In this document: one piece after another, positions 36,532-48,734 of the stretch | How positions within the stretch are numbered: position 1 is the stretch's first letter | How the letters are laid out: each line of letters begins with the position of its first letter | Assembly: GCA_002633005.1 (NCBI GenBank) | Contig: NMRA01000023.1 | Location: 50,738 to 114,737 of the forward strand | Source of the DNA: Phoronis australis | Lineage: Eukaryota; Animalia; Phoronida | DNA length: 64,000 bases | Direction of reading: 5' to 3' | The notes under the pieces: model-generated | Databases searched by the model: none | What the model was told of the DNA's origin: nothing | What the model saw: only the letters and a program-made list of their open reading frames with translations | Position numbers and translations under genes: made by a program

Positions 36532-37149
36532 TTATTTTGCATTCATTTTTGACTGACGAACTCTTTTAGTTCTTTCTATAGTAGTTTCTTGTGCATGACA
36601 TTTAATAGTATGGGCATGAACTTTGTTAAGTCTTGTACGTCTCGCAGTCAGTGTCTCTGCAGCATTACGTTTAGTAACAGCTAAATTAACTTTGTCAAGT
36701 CTTGTACGTTTCGCAGTTAATGTCTCTGCAGCATTACGTTTAGTAACATCTAAATTAACTTTGGCAAGTCTGATACGTCTTTCAGCGGGCGTCTCTTTAG
36801 AATTACGTTTTGTAACGTTTGCGTTAACTTTGTCAAGTCTTGTACGCTTCTCAGTGATACTCTCTGCAGCATTACGTTTAGAAACATATGTATTAACTTT
36901 GTCAAGTCTATTACGCCTCTCAATCAATGTCTCTTCAGAATTACGTTTAGTAACATTTGCGTTAATTTTATCGAGTCTAGCGCGTTTTTTATCAGGCGTT
37001 TCTTGATTTCGTTTTCCAGTAATAGTAGCTAAAACTTTATCAAGACGTATTCTTTTTTGATCAGGTGTTTCTAACTGGCGATGTTTTTCCATTCTCAATC
37101 TTGCCAGTTCTTTTTTCTTTAGACCACTCTGTTTTTTAGTTCGAGGCAT
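36532..37149 (-). CDS. Helentron N-terminal segment with ~8 23-aa STPR-type repeats (ETPxxKRxRLDKVNxxVTKRNxx)
   Basis: 69-bp coding repeat. In frame with the next ORF (37149-36501 = 648 nt); the repeat continues past the stop as SRANETPEKRMKRL. Confidence 0.8.
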   Translation of the reverse strand: MPRTKKQSGLKKKELARLRMEKHRQLETPDQKRIRLDKVLATITGKRNQETPDKKRARLDKINANVTKRNSEETLIERRNRLDKVNTYVSKRNAAESITEKRTRLDKVNANVTKRNSKETPAERRIRLAKVNLDVTKRNAAETLTAKRTRLDKVNLAVTKRNAAETLTARRTRLNKVHAHTIKCHAQETTIERTKRVRQSKMNAK

Positions 37150-37484
37150 AGTGATAATTGGTATTTACATATGATGGATTCAAGCAGTTATATAGTGACA
37201 AACTCTTACCTTTAACACAGATATTTCAGTACCTTTTTACGAAAGACGCGATGTATCGTTTTTGAATCTTGTCCAATATCCAATTTAGTATCCAGCTACA
37301 AATATACAATGTATTATTAAAGTTCTGCGGTCATTTAACTAAGTTACCCATTTTCAATAATAAGCAATTTCTATAACAACTTGATCAATTTTATCACTAA
37401 ATATAGTTATGCAGCAATAACTTTAAATTTTTCAGTGTTTAGAAATCAATACTATTGTATAGATTTGACATGCAGTTTGTGGCA

Positions 37485-37718
37485 AATCTCGAATATTGTG
37501 AATCTTCTATATTACAAAGCTCCAATATTGTGAATCTCTTATATTATAACGCTTCAATATTGTGAATCTCCTATATTACAAATCTCCAATATTGCAAATC
37601 TCCTATATTACAAATCTCCAATATTGCGAATATCCGATATTGCAAATCTCCAATGTTGTGAATCTCCGATATTGCAAATCTCCAATGTTGTGAATCTCCG
37701 ATATTGCAAATCTCCAAA
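37485..37718. repeat. 16/32-bp tandem repeat (aatctccaatattgtg / aatctcctatattaca) upstream of the Helentron ORF
   Basis: About 14 16-bp subunits alternating in two variants. Confidence 0.9.
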
Positions 37719-38766
37719 TGTGATGAGCTGAGAATGATACCATTTGAATATCCACCTGAAAAGGAAAAGCAAATATTTCATAATAATGCAATTAACATAA
37801 TTTTAAAATCAGTTAGTCAACATGTCTAATTTATCCAATTACATAATATAATAATATACATAAGGGGCCTGCATACCGAATGCTTCAGTATTTGATGTCA
37901 GATGAAATCAGTATTTACTATTTGACATCATGAACGTTTAGAAGATCCAAAAGAGTTGATAGTATCACATTATTTTACTAACCTGATCTAAATTTTCACA
38001 ATTGTAACTTTTCCAAAGATCTGAAAAAGAACCAGTGTATTTCACTACTAATTTGATATCTAGCAAAACACTATTGTAGCAAAACGAACAAGTAAATCGA
38101 GGCTCACTGCGATGAGCAAAGCGAAAGTAGACATTGCGTGAGTAAAATTAGCCAGTCTTTCGAGTCCAACCTCGTTATTAAATTGTAATGATGTGTCGAC
38201 AATTAACCACAGAGACGTAGAAAATTACATTGGAGAACAAGTTAAGGCGCCAAAGAATTAATTGTCTGTCGAAAAGGTTTAATTTTTTTCGGAAATCTGG
38301 ATTCGAAATAGTAAAGTTAATATGACCAAATTGCGGTGATCGTAGTGTTACGGATTAGGTATTATGCTGAATGCAGGGATACGTTTTTTTATAGTAAGTT
38401 GTGATCAAAATACTTTTTACGCGGACCAATTCATCTACTCGTATAGTTGACTAGTTAAAGACATATTCGATAGTGATATCTGTCATGTGCAGTTAGTCAC
38501 ATCTGATTAATTTGTGATCAAGAATATTAACATCAAGCATAACCTGATCCTATGCACTCACTAGGACTAACAGTTGATTTGTCATTGGTCTTAATCAATA
38601 ATTGATGTTATTAAATATATTTGTATTAAAATAAAAAAACCAGGCTCGTAATTAAAATTAAAAATTTTTTGACAATCAATGCTTGCTAGGTTTTAATAAT
38701 TCTTATGTCTATTTCATGTGTTAGATTTCAAATATCAATCTGGACCAAGTTGAAATTTATAATTAA

Positions 38767-41331
38767 AACACCTAATTCGTTCGTTCAAAACATATCATTG
38801 TTTTTGAACTCAATTTCAGTTAAGTGGAACAGCACCCCCGCCCTGTTGCAAGCACTCATACACTCTGTCTCAATTTAAGGTAGCCTTTTGTGCTTTAAAA
38901 ATTGTCACCTGTGTGGTTACAGGTGATTTGAACTTAGAGTGATTTTTCATTATGAGAAATGTTATGCTTCGTGGGAGGGTTTTCGCATAATATTTCAATG
39001 TGTTTGAGAGGGTAATAGGGCCAATATTGGGCCCCAAATTTGAGGGATTGAGGGTCCTGTCCTTTTTGAAAAGGAAAATTATAATATTTAATACTGTAGC
39101 AGGAGCGGATTTAGGTTTTTAGTTAGAGGAAGCAGGGCACATAAATTAGCAGCATTTCGGCACATGCGCGTAATTAGCCTAAACTCTGGGGATGCAGGAT
39201 TGCAGGGGTCTTGAATTCGTGGTTTGCAGTCCTGTTGACTAAAAAAAAACGGTAAACGGGGTTCATTTAGTGCCTATGCGTTGTTTATTCACTCCCGTTG
39301 CGCACGTGTGCTAGTCAGCAATTCGCACCCGAACTCAAAAATGGGATCTGATACAATTTGGGGGGATCATGCCCCCCCCTAAATCCGTAGTCATGAAAAC
39401 AGCCTGCCTGGCCCATTTTGTGTCATGGACAACGTGATTTTAGTCAACGGTTTGTCGGCAATCCTACACTAAGATGATGTTTACACATGTTAGAAAATTG
39501 ATGTTCTAATATTCAATGCTCATTGGAATTATAGATACATGGTGAACAGAGACACCTGGTGGCTGCCAAACATATAATTAAAACTTTTAAAAAGCTTGCA
39601 TAGTTTTGGTCATCGATATCTTGTATTACATTAAAATACAATTTAACATTTAATAATCCCAAATATATTTTTAATATGTAGTCAATCATTGACTTTTTAG
39701 CTTTTGCGTTTATCAAAACTTTGATTTTTCTTGAACTCGTTTTTAGCAACTAAACCTATGCCTTTCAGGCCTGGACGACTTCCTTTTTTGGACGTTTTGC
39801 CAGAGTGCAGACGATCAGTATTATCATTGATAACTTATTCAGAAACTGCAGGGTACGTTCGTGAGTTTGTTTGAAGGCTACAGGGACTTTTTCGGCTGTT
39901 TTTAGGCTTGTGTCGAGGTTCGTTATTAGGGGCAATAATAGTTATCATGTTTTTGCAGGAGCCTGTTTCATCGGAGGGAAAAGGTGCCAGTGCCTACGTG
40001 GTTTGCGGTCCTGTTGACTAAAAAAAAACGGTAAACACCTAATTCGTTCGTTCAAAACATATCATCGTTTTTGAACTCAATTTCAGTTTAGTGGACAATG
40101 CGATAATAGTTATCATGTTTTTGCAGGAGCCTGTTTCATCGGAGGGGAACGGTGTCAGTGCCTACTGAGAGGCGATATTTTTTTGACGAGTGACGGCGTA
40201 TCAATCTACCTCCCGATCACCATCAACAGCACCCCCGTCCTGTTGCAAGCACTCATAGATTCTGTCTCAATTTAAGGTAACCTTTCGTGCTTTAAAAATT
40301 GTCATCTGTGTGGTTACAGGTGATTTGAACTTAGAGTGATTTTTCATTATGGGGATTTTTATGCCTCGTGGGAGGGTATTTCGCGTGATATTTCAATGTG
40401 TTTGAGAGGAATAGGGCCGATATTGGGCCTCGAATTTGAGGGATAGAGGGCCCTGTCCTTTTTTGGAAAGAAAAATTATAATGTTTCATGCCGTAGCAGG
40501 GGCGGATTCAGGTTTTTAGTTAGAGGAAGAAAGGCACATGAATTAGCTGCATTTCGGCACATGCGCGTGCCCAGCCTAAACTCTTGGGATGCAGGATTGC
40601 AGGGGTCTTAAATGCGTGGTTTGCGGTCCTGTGGACTAAAGAAACGGTGAACGGGGTTCATTTAGCGCCTATGCGTTGTTTATTCACTTCCGTTGCGCAC
40701 GTGTGCTAGTCAGCAATTCGCACCCGAACTCAACAATGGGATCTGATACAATTTCGGGGGGATCATGCNNNNNNCCCCCCCCCTAAATCCGTAGTCATGA
40801 AAACAACCTGCCTGGCCCATTTTGTGTCATGGACAACTTGATTTTAGTCAACGGTTTGTCTGCAATCCTACACTAAGCTGATGTTTACACATGTTAGAAA
40901 ATTAATGTTCCAATGTTCAATGTTCATTGGAATTATAGATACATGGTGAACAGACACCTGGTGGCTGTCAAACATATAATTGAAACTTTTAAAAAGCTTG
41001 CATAGTCTTGGTCATCGATATCTTGTATTACATTAAAATACAATTTAACATATAATAATCCCAAATATATTTTTAATATGTAGTCAATCATTGACTTTTT
41101 AGCTTTTGCGTTTATCAAAACTTTGATTTTACCTGAACTCGTTTTTAGCAACTTAACCTATGCCTTTCAGGCCTGGACGACTTCCTTTTTGGACGTTTTG
41201 CCAGAGTGCAGACGATCAGTATTATCATTGATAACTTATTCAGAAACTGCAGGGCACGTTCGTGAGTTTGTTTGAAGGCTACAGGGACTTTTTCGGCTGT
41301 TTTTAGGCTTGTGTCGAGGTTCGTTATTAGG
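38767..41331. repeat. Tandem segmental duplication (38767-39930 and 40034-41331), each copy carrying a CAGG(A/G)GCGGAT-ended MITE (from about 39100 and 40497)
   Basis: Colinear high identity; the paired ORFs MLKTSSRKIK and MLKTSSGKIK reflect it. The junction contains short copied fragments. Confidence 0.9.
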
Positions 41332-44300
41332 AGCAAATGTCGAACGGATAATCGTAGGATCCACTGAAATAATCTACTGATTTCTGCTAATTGTCGCTTT
41401 TCATAACAAAAGGCGACGCTGTAGTCCAACCGGGGAAATAGTGCGAACCGAGGTTCAACGTTCCACAATCATGTATGTTGGTCAATGTCGTCGTACTGTA
41501 AACAATTTCTCTTGTGCGACGCAAAGTTCTTGTCCATTAATTCGTTGGATTGAACTAGTATGGCACTTCGTTTGGTTTGACAAAACAGGTTGATTATCTC
41601 AAAAAGTACTAAACACAACTGCAAAATTGAAAATAAGTGGCATTTGGCATATCAAGGTTAAGTACTTTGTATACATTTCTTTGTGTATACATTTCAATTT
41701 CTTTAAACATTACTGGCTCAGTAAATCACTTGTGGACAGTTGCATGTTTTTAGCATTTTTCAGACATCCAGAGATCCTGTTGTTAATGAATGATACGATT
41801 CATATGGCTTTTGCAACAAATAGCATGACGTATAAATATAACATTAGTCGTTAACTAAATTTTATCAGTATATTAGAATGTACATTTGGCTCATAATACC
41901 TGACTATGACCTCATATGACACAAATGTTGTTTTCAACTAAATACAATAAGGTTGGTCTAATCATTTAAGTGACTCAAATTGAATGAATCTTTTGTACTT
42001 TAAGTGTTGAAAAATTTTAATGGCTTTCAAATTGTACAGATATAATTGTGGAGCTTGAAGAGATTATTGAGGATTGCTTGAAAACACAATTACGATAGTA
42101 ACACACCTAAAGATTAGATGCGGGTTTATTTCATGCAAGTCAAAAATGGTACCGCATCGGATGTCTAATGATCATATTCTAAAAAATGATACGTACCGTA
42201 TATAGACACACAAATTGAGTTTCAGCTACTAACACGAAGATAGCAGGGAAATAGCCACAGCAATCAACTGATTAAGTCTTCAACATCAAACTCGCGACAT
42301 GCGATTAAGTGACCGTTGACACGACTAGTGATCTGTGAAATAGCAGAAATCGCTGATGTCACACGCAAGCTGGCGCTTCTGGTGAAGAAAAGGTGACTGA
42401 TGTAGTCTATCGCTGAGAAGCTAATGAGTGGCGTATTTGTGTGGAAATTAAATCTTAGTGTTGAGCGTTGAACCAAAGCCTTAAAACCCCTTAAATTGTA
42501 AACGTGACCATGGTGATCAGATAACATTATGTAACCAGTCTAGGACCTACAGTAGGATCTCACGAAATCTAGCTAACTTATGTCTCACAGTCGGATCTCA
42601 CGAACATCTAGCTATCGTGTCTCAGTTAGAGTTCGGGCAAATATGAGTGAGTTATGAGTACCCGGTCCATTTGTCGGGTAAAATAGGACTTAGAATACAT
42701 AAATCTATCTATCTATCTGAGGTTAGAATAAAGAAGTTTGTGCCAATACATATAGGATTTAAGAATGGAAAAAATATTGGAGGGCTCAAACCAATTTGAT
42801 TTTCGCCACTTCCACTTTGACATTCTTAGGATATCACATTATTTGAACCGACACCTTTGCTTCATGTCCGTCGTAGGTGGGGGTGAATACCCGGTTTGTC
42901 ATGTGTTTATTAGCTTAGGTAGTCACACTAGATGTTTAGTTAGTTATTAATTGTTTTTGTGACATATGTTTAACTTAGGTGTTCGTTATACATGTTCATT
43001 TTAATGTTATTGATTGCTACCTCTTGACATATGTTTACAAATCATCCAAGCCCTAGCTAATCTATTTCTTTTTAATGCACTTCACCTTTTGGAACACAGT
43101 CAGTTCCCGTTTCATGCGTGTACCTACAGAGGGAGCTCGAAGGACCAAGCCTTCCTTCTAGTGGTATAGTAGGCAAAGAGGTCCGTCTCATAGACATAAA
43201 AAGTTCGAGAAAAACGAAACAAAAGGCCAGTTAGAGAGAACTTCAGCGACTGCACAGTTCGTAGCCACGACAAAGTGTCGTAATCTGTTTAATTTTGATT
43301 TATTAAAAAATGAACCACATCTACCAATATTAGTTTTCCAATATTTTATGATGGGCGCGCGTATGCCGTGTGGGTAATACGCTCGGGACGATTCAGTTTT
43401 GTGGAACAACAATTCATTGTTCAACATTACTGGAAACTAAAAACATTAAACGTTTGCAAAACGTACGATTCTAATTTAATGACCAATGATTAAAAAAGTA
43501 TTTGTTTTAGTACATTAATGAACGTATCTTTGATTTGCGGTGTTTAAATAATCTAGTTCCTAAGCTAAGAAACAATTTACTGTCATAAGAATCATGAGAG
43601 CATTTTGGGACATCTGTAAAATTGTCCGAAATTCAACGATTTCATTGAATTTCATTACACATAGAGAAAAATCATTCAGTGTACTTTTGTCTTGGGGGAT
43701 CTGATAATATGTCAAAATTTCTAATGTCGGTTAATCCTGTATTCGTGATTGAAATAACATATTTTGTATCGAAGTCAAAAAGCAATGCATGTATTGTCAC
43801 GTGATTCGTGAATTATTGTTGGGAAGTCTCCAAACTTCATCAATGTCTTTGAGAATTGTTTAGATAGGGAAGAACTTAATAGTGGTCTCGTTTTATATTT
43901 CTTTCGATTTGTAGAGATATGTGAATGAATCATTACTTGAACGTTTTTCATGTGCGTTTAGACAACCTGTGTCGCGAAATCCACGTCTACAGTAACAATG
44001 GCCCGTGTCTTAAAAAGGTAAACCATGCACTCGTACGTAATTGTTAAATGTTCTGTGGTATTCTTTCCTTGATCTGCATTTAGCACTCTTTCGTTTTTCG
44101 AACTGTCCCTACTCATGCGTAAGTCGGCTGTTACGATTTAATACGGACGTCGGAAAGGCCCGTGCACCCCTCCGCTTCTTACGGCTCTAACATACTATGT
44201 CATCCAGACTTTTAGTCAGGCATGGAGAAATCGGTCTTTGGAAGGTTAACTTCCGCGTGATGGTAGATAGCATTACCAAAAATGGTCTCTCTTTTCGCTC

Positions 44301-44651
44301 AAACGGTTTGACAGGCACGAAGAACGTCAGCACATTACTGGCCAATCAAAATCATACTGGCAGATAGCACGATATAAAAAGCTTAAAAAGACATAGTTTC
44401 ACACCAAAACAACTGCTTTTCACCTCAAAGAATAGCATTGCAGGAGCCCGTTACTTGGGCTAGTTACTGTCCGCACAGCGTGATTAATTAGATAAGCCCA
44501 GCAGTAATGACCTTCTCCGACTTCAGCCGAGTAAATTCTGAAAACAGACTAGGCGGTTACATAAGCGTCTGTGATGTCGAGTCCGGAAGACAACTGTGTT
44601 GTAGGAATGAACTCGGCTGGTAAACCGCAGTCACACAAGGCAGAAACCAAC

Positions 44652-44880
44652 ATGGATTACGAAAGCTTTAGCGACGAGGAAATTTTAGAAAATCTTTTGT
44701 GACGATGGAGCGTCGGACACAGACAATATGCACAACGACCATCGTGAGCGTGTTCTTGACAACATAAACGGGCCCTGCAGGTTCGAACCAGTGCCTGCAA
44801 GTGTCCCGGTCGCTTTGGATGAAGAGACAGCGGCGGATCCCGAAGACAATGACCGCACAACTTCAGACATTTTATCATGT
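44652..44880 (+). pseudogene. Acidic first-exon remnant resembling the N-terminus of the Kolobok second protein (KolX / P2X7 intracellular-domain-like)
   Basis: MDYESFSDEE, frameshift, then ...NGPCRFEPVP...PEDNDRTTSDILS, which resembles the PYxFEP...DR...W pattern that precedes the Cys-rich domain. Confidence 0.45.
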
Positions 44881-45451
44881 TAGGTAAATGGAAAACAAAA
44901 ACAATGCCGCGAGTTTGAATGCGAATATGTTTATTTTCGATTTATTTATAATACTTCAAGTTACATAAAAAGCAATTTCAAACATCGGGACTGGTAGACG
45001 GATAAACTGCGATATGCAAGACTATTTGCCGTTTTGTCCTACGTTTCTTGATTTGCGTAGGTTGAAAGCAAGGTGGGATAAGTTTTGTTGTAGGTTATGG
45101 ATTGCAATTTGTATTTTATAACAAAAGCTTATTTTTGATTTTATATCTATTTTAAGTAATTACTGAACAGAGAGGGGGTCGAAACCATTAAAAGTCACCC
45201 GCACTCGAATTAATTTAATCCCCATAATGTTTATTTAATTGCAAAAATACGACAGGTAAGTAGCATTCAAGCAACTACACACAATTATGTTGCAAAAATC
45301 GTAATTCAAAAGAAAAGCGGCTTCCGACAGTGTCCTTCGATGTTATACGCCATTAGTAATGTTGTTCGCTTACTAGTGTGGCCCAAGGCCTACTAGCTTC
45401 CGCAAAGCGACAGCATGTACAGTTTTGAATATTACCTAAAATTTCACTTAC

Positions 45452-45687
45452 CTTGGTTTCCAACCATACTGCGATTGCAGGCTGTCGATCTCGAAACAGT
45501 CTGCAGAAAAATGTTTACTCCATATCACCGAATACGGCGACGCTCCACTAAATTTTCTCGTGGACCTCACGAAGTCTTCCCACCTGCGATGCAGTCTGGG
45601 GTTAGTGGGAAACCTATGTAATGACACCCCAGAGTGCCCAGACCCTGACACATTGTCACAGCCTCCTATCACACAACAGTCCGGCAT
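45452..45687 (-). pseudogene. THAP-domain first exon (transposase N-terminus), degenerate
   Basis: MPDCCVIGGCDN...SLHRFP...RRWEDFV...VIWSKHFSADCF. The third zinc-ligand Cys of CxxHF reads Trp. Ends at donor AG|GTAAGT. Confidence 0.8.
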
Positions 45688-46281
45688 TGTTCTTCAAATT
45701 TTTAATGGAGTTGAAGTATAAAAGTGTGTTTAATGTCGAAATCAGTAAGTATTCCAATTGGCACACAACAACAGTGATACGTTGTGCGTAGACAGACAGT
45801 GCGAAAGACGTGCGGCAGTACTCGAACACTTTATTGAGGACTCATTGCTAACTACTGTGAAATGTTTATGGCAACGCACAAGACCATGTGCATATGTGTC
45901 ACATTTCAGAGAATTAATTGGCAAAAGTTGCATAATAAACCCATTCTAACAAACAGAAAGCTTCCATTTGTGCCAGATAGTCCCAGTACAAACCTATGGA
46001 CACACTCGGCAGCGATCGGGTCCGCTTCCGGACGGGACGTGATTCCGAAGATAGCCGAAGTTAAAATTTTCTGTTCTCGAAATTTTGTGGGGAAGTGGGA
46101 GCGTGTTTTACACGAATAATTGAAGAATATGGGGCATGAAATAAAAAGAAATGTGGTTTATAAGCAATCTTTATTAACAGTCAGCACATGTGTATACATA
46201 TTAACTACAACTAAATAGCTGTGAATCGACCTCTTTAATCGTAATCACATTCAGACAATTATTGCAAGCAAACACAAGAAG

Positions 46282-47991
46282 ATGGCTACATGTTCATATT
46301 ATGTCATAAGCGATCCAGAAGTACGCAGAAATGTACAAGGCGAAGTTATTAGCCAGACGGTGCCCGTCATGACAACAGCAAAAAGTATTAAAACGTTATT
46401 CCTCCCTCAAATTCATGAGGAATTGAAAAAAGATACATATGTGCTATGAACGACCACATATGAAACGGACAATGCGATCCGAGTACACAAAAAAGAATAT
46501 CAGGTAACTGCAGTACATTTTATGTAATGTATTATTGTACTTTAAAATAATAGCTTTGCATTATAGAGGCTAATTGTAGTGTTTGCATGTAGTTCATGAA
46601 CTTGGTGATAAAACTTTGAAATACATAAATATTCCACGTTTTAGAGCAACTAGTAATGTGATTGCATATGTTCCTATATAAAGTAAGATAGCTACACTGA
46701 TATGTCGGAGAGTTTATGCAGAAAGACGTGAACGTAAATTAGTCTATTGAGCATTTTACGCGACTACGGTAGGTTTAGCTTTAGTAGCCTTTACGTATGA
46801 GTTATCATATACTTTCATGTCAGTCAAGTAAATTTGATTTATTTTTAAATCATCTGGTTTTTAACAATTATCTGTCATGTTTTTCAGATTTTCGGAGACG
46901 TATCTGCATTCGAGATTGATGGAAACAAAATTAAGGAATTTCTAAAACCGCCATACATAACGGCCGAGGAGTTGAAAACATCTCCAAAAAAGCGACGATG
47001 TTCGTTCTCAGGATCAGTGTCAAAAGTTTCTGATCTTAAATAAGAACCCCACTACCAAAGAAGAATTGTCACCCTTGATGACGGAACGGAGATCAAATTG
47101 TGGGGATCTCACGCAAGTGGTACTGATATCAAAGAGGCTGAGGTAGACGTATATGGCTCCAAAATAACGCTGAATTCGGTGACCGAAACGACCGTTTTGG
47201 TAAGATATTCCAAAAATGTGTAAACGTACTAAACGAAAGAATTTTTAATACCTTAATAAGAGCTTAATATTTGTCCAATCAAAATCAAGAGAAAGCTAAA
47301 TATCATTATATACAATCAATCAGAGAAAAGATAATATACACGATGTTCAGACAAAATCAAGAAAGTGTTATACTGAAAAATTGTGTTGTTAATTGCAGAT
47401 CGACGAAGATAGTAGAGAGGAGACCATACAAGTAATGGCCATGAATAAAAGGTAAAAAGCATATGACGAATGCATACAAACACCGTCTTAAAACTTATCA
47501 ATATGGAAATTTATGATCATACACGTATAACAGCTTGTCATAAAGCACACGCAAGAAAAATCACGTGTGCTTTAAAAACAATTCGTGGTATATCTGTATT
47601 TTAAACAAACAGTAATGTAAATCTTTTCGAATTTTTGATATCTTGCACCTACAGAAAAGATGGGTAACGAGAGAAAAACGTTTGGGCGAATATACATATT
47701 CGTAGCATTGTACATTTATTTTGAAATTCGTCTGCATTTGTGAGTGGCAAATTGTACAAAAACCGTTGGTTGGCCAAAGACACTCATTGTATCTCAAGCC
47801 ACTATACACTTATAATTCTATAGCGTTTCTGTTCTTTCGTTTGCAGCACCATTATCTCAACTGATCAGAGTATTTTTAAGATTGACAGCGAATGTGAGAG
47901 ACCCAAGGAGACGCCAAAATATCCATTCGCAATTATCGCTAGCATAAAAAGAAGTTTGATTAAAGAAATGACTGTCGTAGAGGATAACTAA
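46282..47991 (+). pseudogene. Five-exon OB-fold / RPA-like ssDNA-binding protein pseudogene (~246 aa)
   Basis: Exons 46282-46503, 46888-47199, 47399-47451, 47655-47663 and 47847-47991, all GT-AG and phase-compatible. Core SPKKRRCSFSGSVSKVSD...RRIVTLDDGTEIKLWG...VDVYGSKITLNSVTETTV. In-frame stops at 46447 and 47041. Confidence 0.7.
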
Positions 47992-48677
47992 AAAACCAGG
48001 AATTTCTTGTATGATATTAGTTGTAGTATTAAATAAAATGCGTTCTTAAACTATGCATAGTTCGTTGTTCTTTGTGTTTCTGTTTTGTTTTCGCTCACAT
48101 TTTAGCGATGAATGGATTCAAAAAATTTTAACTCAGCTGTTCAATAATGAACTTTTATCACTTTCCCGATCGATTCTTAGCAACCTGTTATTTCTTTAAA
48201 ATGACGAAATTCACAATGGTCAAAATACATGTACGTAAGTTGGGCATGGGGACTGTCTGATATATATTGTTTGAAAATGATTTTGAGATTTTTGTTTTAA
48301 TGTTTGTAAAACGTACATAGCTTTGTTCTGGATGGGTCACTAGTAATTTTGAACTAGTTTTTCGTCAGTTAATTTGGAAATATCCTGCGTTGACAAGTGT
48401 TTCGCGAAACTGGACAAGGAAAATTGGATAGAATGGACGCGGAATTTCGATTTTTGATTGTGCCATTGCTAACACACACATTTCATTTGTTTTTGTTTGT
48501 GCATTTGGGGTAGCTCTGTATCCGGCTGGAACATAACACCACTAATCGTATGTTATAATACGCACAGACCAGAGTTTTGTGCACTCACCGTGTACAATAC
48601 AGTTTATACATAACAATTTCCGCTTTAGCAGATGTGCGATTTTTTGTTGGTGACGTGATTCATACCCAGCTAAAACA

Positions 48678-48731
48678 ACGTCTACTTTGAGTGCGTGAAA
48701 GCTCACATGGTTAGCTACCTTGATGTCAGTT
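48678..48731 (-). pseudogene. Older fragment of OB-fold exon 2
   Basis: 42/54 ungapped identity to 24853-24906; reads TDIKVANHVSFHALKVDV. Confidence 0.6.
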
Positions 48732-48734
48732 GAA

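Larger units (their letters stand above)
30173..37149 (-). mobile_element. Helentron / endonuclease-encoding Helitron Rep-helicase-endonuclease coding region (~2195 codons when repaired); termini not located
   Basis: Three ORF-track ORFs join in one frame after reading through the TAA at 36532-36534 and removing the 389-bp duplication at 33528-33916. Domain order STPR, ZnF/DUF6570-like, OTU, HUH Rep, PIF1, APE is characteristic of Helentrons. Confidence 0.93.
44652..46238. mobile_element. Internally deleted Kolobok-like DNA transposon (left end not located)
   Basis: Two convergent first exons (THAP on minus, KolX/P2X7-intracellular-like on plus) and a right end ...GAATCGACCTCT followed by TTAA. 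Confidence 0.6.

Noticed and set aside
36623-37006. Plus-strand 127-aa repetitive hydrophobic ORF
   Set aside because: Antisense shadow of the STPR repeats. The other plus-strand ORFs in 30873-36169 are likewise shadows of the RepHel ORF.
38084-38117. aacaag plus gctca-N6-tgagc hairpin as a Helentron terminus
   Set aside because: Only a 5-bp stem, no matching subTIR found, and it lies upstream of the ORF where a 3' hairpin is not expected.
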